In this document: positions 1-8,996 of the stretch, in pieces | Position numbering within the stretch: position 1 is the stretch's first letter | How the letters are laid out: every line of letters starts with the position of its first letter | Source: Verrucomicrobiota bacterium | GTDB lineage: Bacteria; Verrucomicrobiota; Verrucomicrobiia; Limisphaerales; Palsa-1400 | Reading direction: 5' to 3' | Assembly: GCA_049510745.1 (NCBI GenBank) | Contig: JBEKYR010000045.1 | Location: 1-40,205, forward strand | Length of the DNA stretch: 40,205 nucleotides | Translations under genes and position numbers: made by a program | Notes under the pieces: generated by a model | Database searches by the model: none | What the model saw: the letters and a program-made list of their open reading frames with translations, nothing else | What the model was told of the DNA's origin: nothing

Positions 1-270
1 GCGATTGACAACCTGAGCTTTGCCGCCACCGCGCTGGGCACGCCGACCAACACGCCGGTGATGAACATCCAGGTTTCCTCGGCCCATCAACTGGTCCTTT
101 CCTGGCCGTCGCCGTCGCCGGGGTTTCAATTATACGTCGCCACCAATCTGGCGCCGCCGGTTGCCTGGAGCCTGGTCACCAACCCGGCCGCCGGCAGCAA
201 CGGAGCGTTCTACTTGACACTTCCGGCCACCAACGCCACCGCCCAATTCTTCCGCCTCATGGCGCAATGA
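1..270 (+). CDS. 3' end of a secreted protein (5'-truncated by the window) ending in a Verrucomicrobia-type C-terminal domain
   Basis: Frame is open from base 1 (AIDNLSFAATALGTPTNTPVMNIQ...). It ends LSWP..GFQLYVATNL....W......NGAFY.......QFFRL, the same pattern as the C-terminus of the BspA protein at 6363-8759. Confidence 0.75.
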   Translation, partial: AIDNLSFAATALGTPTNTPVMNIQVSSAHQLVLSWPSPSPGFQLYVATNLAPPVAWSLVTNPAAGSNGAFYLTLPATNATAQFFRLMAQ

Positions 271-419
271 ACCGGCCCTCGCGCCAGGGATGGGCGCGTT
301 TCACATTTCCGGGTATCCGGTCTATTACGATTACGAGGGGCCGCCTAAAAAAGAAATGCGCCCTTCCGCGCTCCCATAACAGTTGTCTTTTTCCGCCCCC
401 CTCGTAAGTTGTCCGCCTG

Positions 420-2021
420 ATGTCAGACGCCAAAAAGACGCCGGTTCGCGTGGGTTTGATTTCGCTCGGCTGCGCCAAAAACCTGGTCGATGCGGAACTC
501 ATGCTCGGCTCGCTCCTCCAAAGCGGCCTGGAAATCACCAACGAACCCCGCCAGGCCGATGTCGTCATCGTCAATACTTGCTCGTTTATCGACGCCGCCC
601 AGCAGGAAAGCATCGATGCCATCCTGGAATCCTCCGAGGTCCGTTCCCAATTCAACCCCGCCCAGGGGCTGATCGTTTCCGGCTGCCTCCCGCAACGCTT
701 CCGCGATGACCTCCCCAAACTTCTCCCCGAGGTCGATGCCTTCATGGGCATCGATCAAGTCGCCCAGGCTGCCCAAATCGTCGAGCAAGCCTTGGCCCGG
801 CGCCGGCAGAAACTGGCCGGCGCAGCCCTTGCACCCGCGCCCGCCGCGCGCCCCGCAAAAAAAAGGGAGACGGCAGACCGCTTCGCGGGACTTGACCCCG
901 CGCCGTTGGTCAACGTCGATGCGCGTCCCAGTTACATTCCCGATTACGCGACGCCGCGTTTTCGCCTGACGCCCAAACATTTTGCCTACGTCAAAATCGC
1001 GGAAGGCTGCAATCATCCGTGCAGCTTTTGCATCATCCCGCGGATGCGCGGCGCCCATCGCAGCCGCGCCCAGGCGGACATCGTGCGGGAGGCCCGCCAA
1101 TTGATCGCGGAGGGCGTCAAGGAGTTGAACCTCATTTCGCAGGACTCGACTTACTACGGGCTGGATTTGCGGCCCGGCCACTCGCGGGCCATTTCGTCGC
1201 CGGAAAGATTCACCGCCGCCGCCCGGTCGCTGCCCGCGGGCGCTGCCACGCTCGCTTCGCTGCTGCGCGACCTCAACGAGCTGCCCGGCCAATTCTGGAT
1301 CCGCCTGCTCTACACCCACCCCGCCCACTGGACCGATGAATTGATTCGCACCATTGCCGAATGCCCGAAAGTGGCCCGCTACGTCGATATGCCCTTGCAG
1401 CACATCCACGATAACATGCTCGAACGGATGCGCCGCGAAACCTCCCGCCGGCACATCGTCGATCTCATCGCCAAAATCCGCGCGGGCATCCCCGGCATCG
1501 CCCTGCGCACCACCTTCATCGTCGGCTTCCCCGGCGAGACGGACGCTTATTTCGAGAGCTTGCTCGAGTTCATCCAGACGACGCGCTTCGAGCGGCTGGG
1601 GGTTTTCACCTTTTCGCGGCAAGACGGCACGCGCGCCGCCAAAATGGAGGGACAGGTCCCCGAGGCTGTCAAGAAGCAGCGCCAGCAGCGGGCCATGGCC
1701 GGGCAACTAAAGATCGCCCGCCAACTCTCCGCCGCCCAAGTCGGCAAGGAAACGACCGTGCTGATCGAACGCGAAGCGCACGCCCGCGATTTGCAGACCG
1801 CCGCCGTCAGTTCCTGGGAACACGGTTTGATCCGCTCCTCGCCCCGCTCCCGTGAAATTGTCCAAGGCCGGCCCGGTCGTTTCTGGATCGCGCGCGGCGA
1901 AGCGGACGCCCCCGACATCGACGGTCGCGTCTATCTTCGCGGCCCGGCGGCGGCCGGCGATTTCGCCCGCGTCAAAATCATCGGCCACACCGACTACGAC
2001 CTGATCGCCGAGCCGGCGTGA
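420..2021 (+). CDS. rimO: Ribosomal protein S12 methylthiotransferase RimO (radical SAM, MiaB-like)
   Basis: N-terminal SLGCAKNLVD, NTCSFI and SGC motifs; radical SAM CNHPCSFC; C-terminal TRAM region with DAPDIDG. Confidence 0.93.
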   Translation: MSDAKKTPVRVGLISLGCAKNLVDAELMLGSLLQSGLEITNEPRQADVVIVNTCSFIDAAQQESIDAILESSEVRSQFNPAQGLIVSGCLPQRFRDDLPKLLPEVDAFMGIDQVAQAAQIVEQALARRRQKLAGAALAPAPAARPAKKRETADRFAGLDPAPLVNVDARPSYIPDYATPRFRLTPKHFAYVKIAEGCNHPCSFCIIPRMRGAHRSRAQADIVREARQLIAEGVKELNLISQDSTYYGLDLRPGHSRAISSPERFTAAARSLPAGAATLASLLRDLNELPGQFWIRLLYTHPAHWTDELIRTIAECPKVARYVDMPLQHIHDNMLERMRRETSRRHIVDLIAKIRAGIPGIALRTTFIVGFPGETDAYFESLLEFIQTTRFERLGVFTFSRQDGTRAAKMEGQVPEAVKKQRQQRAMAGQLKIARQLSAAQVGKETTVLIEREAHARDLQTAAVSSWEHGLIRSSPRSREIVQGRPGRFWIARGEADAPDIDGRVYLRGPAAAGDFARVKIIGHTDYDLIAEPA

Positions 2022-2029
2022 ATTTTGGG

Positions 2030-3472
2030 TCAGGCCATCCAGCCCCGGCGGTGCTTGCGCTTGATCCACTGATTGAGTTCGGGGTGATTTGTGACTTTCA
2101 TTTTCCGGCCGTTCCATTCGACTTTTTTCCCGGGGCCGGCGTGCTGGGCGAGGTTGCCCAGGAGGCAGAATTCGGTCAGGCGCGCTCCGTATTCAAAGGG
2201 CGTGGCGGTGTTGGTCCGGCCGGCCCGGCAGGTTTCGATGAAGTCAATAAAAGGATTCGGGTTGGGCCGGGGCAGCGTCATGGGCGGCTGGGTGATCTCA
2301 TTCATTTTTTCCATGGGCAAGATGTGCATCCTGCCGCCGTAAGTGGCCGTGAAGATGATGCCTTTATCGCCGACGTATAACGAGCCGCTGTCGCCGGTGT
2401 CCAGTTCCTCGTCGGGATACTTCGCCTGCAATTCGGCGATGAGCGGGGGAAGGTTGCGCGCGTTGCCCCGGGCGGCGTGGCCGGAGCCTCGGGGCTGCTC
2501 CGTGGTCGTCGGGTTAAGCCCTTCGTACCAATACGCTTTGCAGGGCGGCAGGCCGCCGCGGGCGGGAATGTCCCAGCGCACGCGGCTGCCCAAAGGGTAA
2601 CGTTCCTCGCTGCCGCCGCGCACAAATTCCATTTCGACGCTGGCGGGATGCTCGACCTTGAGCGCCCAAAAGACGCCCTCCAGGACGTGGCAGCCCATGT
2701 TGCCAAGAGAGCCATTGCCGAAATCGTACCAGCCATGCCATTCGTGAGGATGGAGGTCGGAATGATAATCCCGGTAGGGCGCCGGACCGATCCATGAATC
2801 CCAGTGCATCCCTTCGGGCACCGGCAGGCTGGGCGGGCGCGGCCCCTCGCCGCCATTGGCGCGGTCGGTCCAGCTATGGGTTTCGGTCACGTTGCCGATG
2901 ACGCCCGCCCAAATAAATTCGCACAAGCGATGATACCCCCCGAGGCAGTGGCCTTGATTGCCCATCTGCGTGGCGACTTTCTTGTAGTGGAGCGAGGCCC
3001 GGCTCAATTCCCTGGCCTGGGCGATGTCGTGGCAAAGCGGTTTCTCGCAAAAGACGTTTTTGCCGGCTTGCATGGCCATCAGGGCGGCGGCGGCGTGGTG
3101 ATGATTCGGGGCGGCGATAAAAACGGTGTCGATCTCCTTGCCGATCTTGTCGAACATCACGCGGTAATCGGAAAATAACTGAACCTGGTCGGTGTTGATG
3201 CCGCCTTTGTCGGCGAGCGATCTTTTCTTCCGGGCCAGCGCCCTGTCGTCCGGGTCCACCATCGCCACCAAATGTTGCTTCTGGTTGATGATGGCCTGTT
3301 CGACATGCGTCTCGCCGCGGCCGCCGCAACCGATCAGCACGCAGTTGAGGATGTCACCCGGCTCGCGCGCGGAGAGCAGGTTCGGGAAAGCCAGGTAGCG
3401 GCCGGCGGAAAGCGCCCCTGCCGCCAAAATGGTCCGTTTGAGAAACGAACGACGAGGCATTTTGCATTTCAT
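2030..3472 (-). CDS. Tat-exported Gfo/Idh/MocA family oxidoreductase
   Basis: PRRSFLK twin-arginine signal, IGCGGRG Rossmann motif, CEKP, QMGNQGH and GNMGCH. Confidence 0.9.
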   Translation of the reverse strand: MKCKMPRRSFLKRTILAAGALSAGRYLAFPNLLSAREPGDILNCVLIGCGGRGETHVEQAIINQKQHLVAMVDPDDRALARKKRSLADKGGINTDQVQLFSDYRVMFDKIGKEIDTVFIAAPNHHHAAAALMAMQAGKNVFCEKPLCHDIAQARELSRASLHYKKVATQMGNQGHCLGGYHRLCEFIWAGVIGNVTETHSWTDRANGGEGPRPPSLPVPEGMHWDSWIGPAPYRDYHSDLHPHEWHGWYDFGNGSLGNMGCHVLEGVFWALKVEHPASVEMEFVRGGSEERYPLGSRVRWDIPARGGLPPCKAYWYEGLNPTTTEQPRGSGHAARGNARNLPPLIAELQAKYPDEELDTGDSGSLYVGDKGIIFTATYGGRMHILPMEKMNEITQPPMTLPRPNPNPFIDFIETCRAGRTNTATPFEYGARLTEFCLLGNLAQHAGPGKKVEWNGRKMKVTNHPELNQWIKRKHRRGWMA

Positions 3473-3551
3473 AGAGTCGGTTTTCTTTTAAGCCCGCCGC
3501 TGTCATAGCGCAAATCAATAAAACTGGCCATCCGGGGTGGCTCCGGGTAAT

Positions 3552-3722
3552 TTGATTGCGACCTCGACGCGCGACGACCGGGTGCATCCGGGCCACGCGT
3601 GCAAGATGGCGGCGCGTTTGCGGGAGCAGGGCCACGAGGTTTTGTATTACGAAAACATCGAAGGCGGCCACGGCGCGGCCGCGAACAACAAGCAATCCGC
3701 CTTCCTTTGCCCCACTCACTGA
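3552..3722 (+). pseudogene. C-terminal fragment of a prolyl oligopeptidase (S9A)
   Basis: TSTRDDRVHPGHA and YYENIEGGHGAAANNKQSAF match the catalytic Asp and His regions of S9A peptidases. The rest of the gene is absent. Confidence 0.8.
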
Positions 3723-3820
3723 TTCTTCTATTCACTGATTCGCCTCCAACCCGCACAACAGGAGCATATTGCAGAGCGAAAGAGCCTGGGGGTCAAATCT
3801 GCCCCCAATTCCTGCCCCAC

Positions 3821-4228
3821 TCACCGGGCGGAGCGCCGATTGGCTGGCCAGTCTCGTGCCACCTTCCGGGCTTGTCCCCACCGCCAGTATTCCACCCCTT
3901 CTGGGTTAATGCGGGCCACTCTTCCCAAGCGTTGCAGGCGCGTACAAAAGTCAGGATGGCCAAGGAAGCGGCGGATGAAAAGCGCCGCCTTGTCCGGGCG
4001 GACGTTCAACCATGCCAGACAGTAACCCGGGTGGCACAACTGTCGCTCAAAGAAATCAAAATCACGGGTAAAGAAGGTCGGTTGCTTCAAGCGCAGCAAC
4101 AGGGGGATGATCTGCGGGTCTTTCGCGCCGCGGTTCACCAATTCGTGGCCGATTTGCCGGAAGGGGATGCGCCACCGGCGCAACGCTTCTCGCTGGCTGG
4201 CGATAATGTTTTCGTCCAGGACGTTCAT
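3821..4228 (-). CDS. DUF5615/VapC45-like PIN-fold toxin
   Basis: MNVLDENI...D.QI.......TFFTRDFDF. Its ATG overlaps the upstream TGA (ATGA at 4228-4225). Confidence 0.75.
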   Translation of the reverse strand: MNVLDENIIASQREALRRWRIPFRQIGHELVNRGAKDPQIIPLLLRLKQPTFFTRDFDFFERQLCHPGYCLAWLNVRPDKAALFIRRFLGHPDFCTRLQRLGRVARINPEGVEYWRWGQARKVARDWPANRRSAR

Positions 4229-4500
4229 CCCCGGCCGCAGACGGGCTTTTCCCACCGCTGGCCATTGGCGGCAAACAACTCGCCGCCAAGTTCCAAGGCT
4301 TCACGGGCCGCTTCCAAGCTGACGCCGCCGGGAAAGTGTCTGGGGAACTCTTCCAACGGCTCGCCCAAAGCCAGGTGCTCGAACAACTGCCAAACCATGA
4401 CGCGCGTCCCCTTGAAAGTTGGCTTGCCGTGGCAGATCGCCGGATCGGCCACGATGAACCGGCCCAGCTCGATGCGTTTTGTCTTGCCGTTGCTCTTCAT
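4225..4500 (-). CDS. DUF433 family antitoxin
   Basis: IVADPAICHGKPTFKGTRVMV...L..G....E is the DUF433 signature. Translationally coupled to the PIN-like gene. Confidence 0.85.
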   Translation of the reverse strand: MKSNGKTKRIELGRFIVADPAICHGKPTFKGTRVMVWQLFEHLALGEPLEEFPRHFPGGVSLEAAREALELGGELFAANGQRWEKPVCGRG

Positions 4501-4663
4501 TCCATCCAACTCCATCATGCTCCACCGGGGGCGGGACTGCAAGATTGCAGTACAGCCCCTTCTCCACCCGTTCTTTCGGCTCAATTCCAATCAGCGGGAA
4601 TTGGCGTAAATCGCGCTTGCTTGTCCGGTTGCGGCCATTATCATTTCCCCCAAAAAAAAGTTT

Positions 4664-4894
4664 ATGGCTGACATCGCAAACAAATACCCCGACAACGTCG
4701 CGGGCAAGTACTTCGTGGACAACCAGTGCATCGACTGCGATCTTTGTCGCGAAACCGCCCCGGCCAATTTCACCCGCAACGAGGACGGCGGCTACTCCTT
4801 TGTCTTTAAGCAGCCCGGTAGCCCCGAGGAGGAAGCCCAATGCAAGGAAGCCATGGAAGGCTGCCCCGTCGAAGCCATCGGCGACCAGGGATGA
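4664..4894 (+). CDS. Single-cluster 4Fe-4S ferredoxin
   Basis: CIDCDLC...CPVEAI, 76 aa. Confidence 0.92.
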   Translation: MADIANKYPDNVAGKYFVDNQCIDCDLCRETAPANFTRNEDGGYSFVFKQPGSPEEEAQCKEAMEGCPVEAIGDQG

Positions 4895-4989
4895 TTCCCT
4901 GGACTTGAGCCAGTCCAAAACGCGCCAAGGGCGGCCACAGATTCGGGGGAGGGAAAACCCAATGTCCGATCCCGTGCTTTTTTACTGAA

Positions 4990-6306
4990 ATGGCTTACAA
5001 AGACATCAAACCGCCGGCGGGCGGCAAAATCACCATTGCCCAGGGCAGACTCAACGTTCCCGACCAGCCGATCATCCCCTTCATTCGCGGCGACGGCACC
5101 GGGCCGGACATCTGGGCCGCCAGCGAACGGGTCTTCGACGCCGCCATCCAGAAGGCTTACGGCGGCAAACGCAAAGTGTCGTGGTTCGAGGTCTTCGCCG
5201 GCGAACGGGCCTTTAAACAATTCAACACCTGGCTGCCGGAGGACACCGTCGAGGCCTTCAAGGAATATCTCGTCGGCATCAAAGGGCCGCTGACCACGCC
5301 CGTCGGCGGCGGCATCCGCTCGCTCAACGTCGAATTGCGCCAGCAGCTTGACCTCTATGTCTGCCTGCGCCCGGTGCAGTACTTTCACGGCGTCCCTTCG
5401 CCTGTCAAACATCCGGAGAAGGTCGATATGGTTATCTTCCGCGAGAACACGGAAGACATCTACGCCGGCATCGAATACGCCGCGGGATCGCCCGAAGCGC
5501 AAAAGATGCTCGACTTTCTGGCGGCGGAGTTTCCCAAGTCGTTCAGCAAGATCCGTTTTGGCACGGTGGCCAAGGCGGAGCAGTTCTGGGCGGAGGTCGG
5601 GGCCAGGGGTTTTCCCACCGACGTGCGGGTCGGCGTGGGGATCAAGCCCGTCAGCTACAGCGGGTCGGTCCGTTTGATTCACAGCGCCATCGGCTACGCC
5701 ATCAAGTTCAAGCGCAAGAGCGTCACGCTGGTGCATAAGGGCAACATCATGAAATTCACCGAGGGCGCCTTCCGCGATTGGGGCTATCAAGTGGCCAAAG
5801 AGTACTTCGGCGCGGTCGAGATCGACGGCGGCCCGTGGTGCAAAATCCCCGAAGGCAAACCCGGCGCCGGCCTGGTCATCAAGGACTCCATTGCCGACAT
5901 CACCTTGCAGCAGGTGCTGACGCGCCCGGAGGATTTCGACGTGATTGCCACGCTCAACCTCAACGGCGATTACCTGAGCGACGCGCTGGCCGCGCAAGTG
6001 GGCGGCATCGGCATCGCGCCCGGCGGGAACATCAACTACATCACGGGCCACGCCATTTTCGAGGCGACGCACGGCACCGCGCCCAAGTACGCCAATCAAG
6101 ACCGGGTCAATCCCGGCAGCGTGGTCTTGAGCGGCGAGATGATGTTCCGGCACTTGGGCTGGGTCGAGGCGGCGGACCTCATCCTCAAGGGCCTCAACGG
6201 CGCCATTGCCTCCAAGCGGGTGACTTACGATTTTGCCCGGCTGATGCCGGGAGCGACCGAGATCAAGTGCTCGGAATTCGGCAGCAACATCATCGCCCAC
6301 ATGTGA
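4990..6306 (+). CDS. icd: NADP-dependent isocitrate dehydrogenase
   Basis: [50 protein letters not shown] and [11 protein letters not shown]. Confidence 0.97.
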   Translation: MAYKDIKPPAGGKITIAQGRLNVPDQPIIPFIRGDGTGPDIWAASERVFDAAIQKAYGGKRKVSWFEVFAGERAFKQFNTWLPEDTVEAFKEYLVGIKGPLTTPVGGGIRSLNVELRQQLDLYVCLRPVQYFHGVPSPVKHPEKVDMVIFRENTEDIYAGIEYAAGSPEAQKMLDFLAAEFPKSFSKIRFGTVAKAEQFWAEVGARGFPTDVRVGVGIKPVSYSGSVRLIHSAIGYAIKFKRKSVTLVHKGNIMKFTEGAFRDWGYQVAKEYFGAVEIDGGPWCKIPEGKPGAGLVIKDSIADITLQQVLTRPEDFDVIATLNLNGDYLSDALAAQVGGIGIAPGGNINYITGHAIFEATHGTAPKYANQDRVNPGSVVLSGEMMFRHLGWVEAADLILKGLNGAIASKRVTYDFARLMPGATEIKCSEFGSNIIAHM

Positions 6307-6362
6307 ACCGGTGACGGCGGAACCTTTGCCGCCGCCGGCCCTGCCACCTCCTGCCGGCCGCC

Positions 6363-8759
6363 TCAGGGTGAGCTGAGGCGGTAGTAGCGGCCGTATTTGT
6401 TCGTCTGCACCGGTTCGTTGAAGTAGAATGAACCGTTGCTGAGCACGACGGTCTGGAGCGGAGACCAAACGCGGCCGGCCAGGTTGGTGCAGGCCTCCAC
6501 CACGATGACGATATTGGTTGTGCCAGTGATGTTGAACCCAAAATGATTGGTCCTCACGCCAAAACTGCCGCCGCCGGCTTGGATCAGCGGGTTCCACAGC
6601 ACGGCCGGACAACCGGCAAAAGGGGTGCTCCAGCCGGTGGCGCCAGGCACATAATAGAGCGTCGCGTTGGTGTCAGCCAGGAACGGATCCACACCCACAG
6701 CGGGAGCGTTGCCCTTGAAATAAATGCCGCTCAGGCTGCTATAAGCGAACGCGTCATCCCCGATGTTGGTGACACTGCCGGGTATCGTGTAACTTCCGTC
6801 CGCGCCTCCCGGAAATTGAATCAGCGTGGATTGGTTCTTGTTGAACAACACTCCATTCAAACTGCTGTAAACCGGATTCCCTCCATCCACCGTGATCGCT
6901 GTCAGGCTGGCGCAGGAAGCCAACGCTTCCGCCCCAATGCTGGTGACGCTGGCGGGAATGGCGATGCTGGCCAGGTTGGTGCAATTATAGAACGCTTCCA
7001 CCCCGATGCCCGCGACGCCGTTGGCGATGGTGGCGTTTGTCAGGCGGGTGCAATCATAGAACGCATCATCCCCGATATTGGCGACGCTGCCGGGAATCGT
7101 GACGTTGGTCAGGCCGGCGTAAGCAAACGCGGAATTCCCGATGTTGGTGACGCTGGCGGGAATTGTGACGCAGGCCAGGCCGCTGCCAGAGAACGCCGAA
7201 TTCCCGATGCTGGCGACGCTGGCGGGAATCGTGACCTTGGCCAGGTTGCTGCAGGATTCGAAAGCCTCATCCCCGATGTTGGTGACGCCGAAGGCGATCG
7301 TGGCATTTGTCAGCCTGCCGCATTCATAGAACGCATACGCCCCGAAGTTGGTCACGCTGCCGGGAATCGTGACGCTGGCCAGGCCGGAGCAGGATTCAAA
7401 CGCACCCTGCCCGATGCTGGTGACGTTGCCGGGAATCGTGACGCTGGTCAGGCCGGAGCAGGATTCAAACGCACCCTGCCCGATGCTGGTGACGCTGGCG
7501 GGAATCGTGACGTTGGTCAGGCCGGCGCAGGAATCGAACGCATGATCCCCGATGCTTGCGACGTTGCCGGGAATCGTGATGTTGGTCAGGCCGGTGCAGC
7601 TCCCGAACGCCCAATCCCCGATGTTGGTGACGTTGCCGGAAATCGTCACGTTGGTCAGGCTGGTGCAGTCATAGAACGCATCCTGCCCGATGCTGGTGAC
7701 GGTGCCGGGAATCGTGTAACTTCCGTCCGCGCCGTCCGGATATTCAATGAGCATGGTTTGGCTCTCGTCGAACAACACTCCATTGAAACTGCTATAAACC
7801 AGGTTCCCTCCCTCCACCGCTATCGCTGTCAGGCTGGCGCAGGATTCGAACGCCCCGGTCCCGATGCCGGTGACGCTGGCGGGAATGGTGACGCTGCTCA
7901 GGCTGCTTTGATAAAAAGCATAATTCCCGATGTTGGTGACACTGCCGGGTATCGTGACGTTGGTCAGGCCGAAGCAGCCGTAGAACGCATCATCCCCGAT
8001 GTTGGTGACGGTGCCGGGTATCGTGTAACTTCCGCCCGCGCCGTCCGGATATTCAATGAGCGTGGATTGGTTCTTGTCGAACAACACTCCATTCAAACTG
8101 CTATAAACCAGATTCCCTCCATCCACCGTGATGTTGGTCAGGTTCGCGCAGATGGCGAACGCATCCTCCCCGATGCTGGTGACGCTGGCGGGAATCGTGA
8201 CGTTGGTCAGGCTGCTGCAGGCCTGGAACGCACCCTGCCCGATGGCGGTGACGCCGTCGAGGATCGTGGCGTTGGTCAGGCGCGTGCAGTCAAAGAACGC
8301 CGCGTTTCCGATGTTGGTGACACTGGCGGGAATCGTGACGCCGACCAGGCCGCTGAAAGCGAACGCCTCCAGCCCGAGGCTGCCGACGCTGCCGGGAATG
8401 GTGATGTTGGTCAGGCTGGTGCAGCTCTCGAACGCACCCTGCCCGATGCTCGTGATGCTGCCGAGGATCGTGACGTTGGTCAGGCTGGCGCAATCATCGA
8501 ACACCCCCTGCCCCATGTTGGTGATGGTGCTGGGAATCGTGACGTTGCTCAGCGTGGTGCAGTCAAAGAACGCTGAATCCCCGATGCCGGTGACGGTCAG
8601 GCTGGTGATGCTGGATGGAATAACCACAACCCCGCCAGACCCGGAGTAACGGGTGATGGTGATGGCGCCGCCATTTGTCGTCCAACTGTACTGGGCTTGC
8701 ACTGCTGCCGGCGCGGCCAAGAGCAGCATACCCAATAGGACGGTCAATGTTTTTTTCAT
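6363..8759 (-). CDS. BspA-family leucine-rich-repeat surface protein (LRR_5)
   Basis: Signal peptide, more than 20 repeats of ~23 aa (LTNVTIPxSVTxIGxxAFxxC), three VDGGNxVYSSxNGVLF blocks, and a C-terminal TNL..W...YYRL domain. Confidence 0.93.
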   Translation of the reverse strand: MKKTLTVLLGMLLLAAPAAVQAQYSWTTNGGAITITRYSGSGGVVVIPSSITSLTVTGIGDSAFFDCTTLSNVTIPSTITNMGQGVFDDCASLTNVTILGSITSIGQGAFESCTSLTNITIPGSVGSLGLEAFAFSGLVGVTIPASVTNIGNAAFFDCTRLTNATILDGVTAIGQGAFQACSSLTNVTIPASVTSIGEDAFAICANLTNITVDGGNLVYSSLNGVLFDKNQSTLIEYPDGAGGSYTIPGTVTNIGDDAFYGCFGLTNVTIPGSVTNIGNYAFYQSSLSSVTIPASVTGIGTGAFESCASLTAIAVEGGNLVYSSFNGVLFDESQTMLIEYPDGADGSYTIPGTVTSIGQDAFYDCTSLTNVTISGNVTNIGDWAFGSCTGLTNITIPGNVASIGDHAFDSCAGLTNVTIPASVTSIGQGAFESCSGLTSVTIPGNVTSIGQGAFESCSGLASVTIPGSVTNFGAYAFYECGRLTNATIAFGVTNIGDEAFESCSNLAKVTIPASVASIGNSAFSGSGLACVTIPASVTNIGNSAFAYAGLTNVTIPGSVANIGDDAFYDCTRLTNATIANGVAGIGVEAFYNCTNLASIAIPASVTSIGAEALASCASLTAITVDGGNPVYSSLNGVLFNKNQSTLIQFPGGADGSYTIPGSVTNIGDDAFAYSSLSGIYFKGNAPAVGVDPFLADTNATLYYVPGATGWSTPFAGCPAVLWNPLIQAGGGSFGVRTNHFGFNITGTTNIVIVVEACTNLAGRVWSPLQTVVLSNGSFYFNEPVQTNKYGRYYRLSSP

Positions 8760-8996
8760 ATTTCAATGATGGGAAATTGCTCAATGATGGAAAATTCCTT
8801 CTTCTGCCTTTTGAGGCCCCGCCGGCGATTCCAAGGCTCCGCCGGCAAGGAGGAATTGGTTGTTGATCGGACTCATTCTTATCAAATTTGGCCAAAGGTA
8901 GCTTACGTCCGGCCCGGCGTCAAAATTAAAAATCACAATAATCGACGATCCGCTTGGTTCCCGGCGATTTTCGTTTATCTTGGGGATGTGACGTCG

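Noticed and set aside
6543..8576. 677-aa repetitive antisense ORF over BspA
   Set aside because: Its repeats simply mirror the LRR codon repeats on the coding strand.
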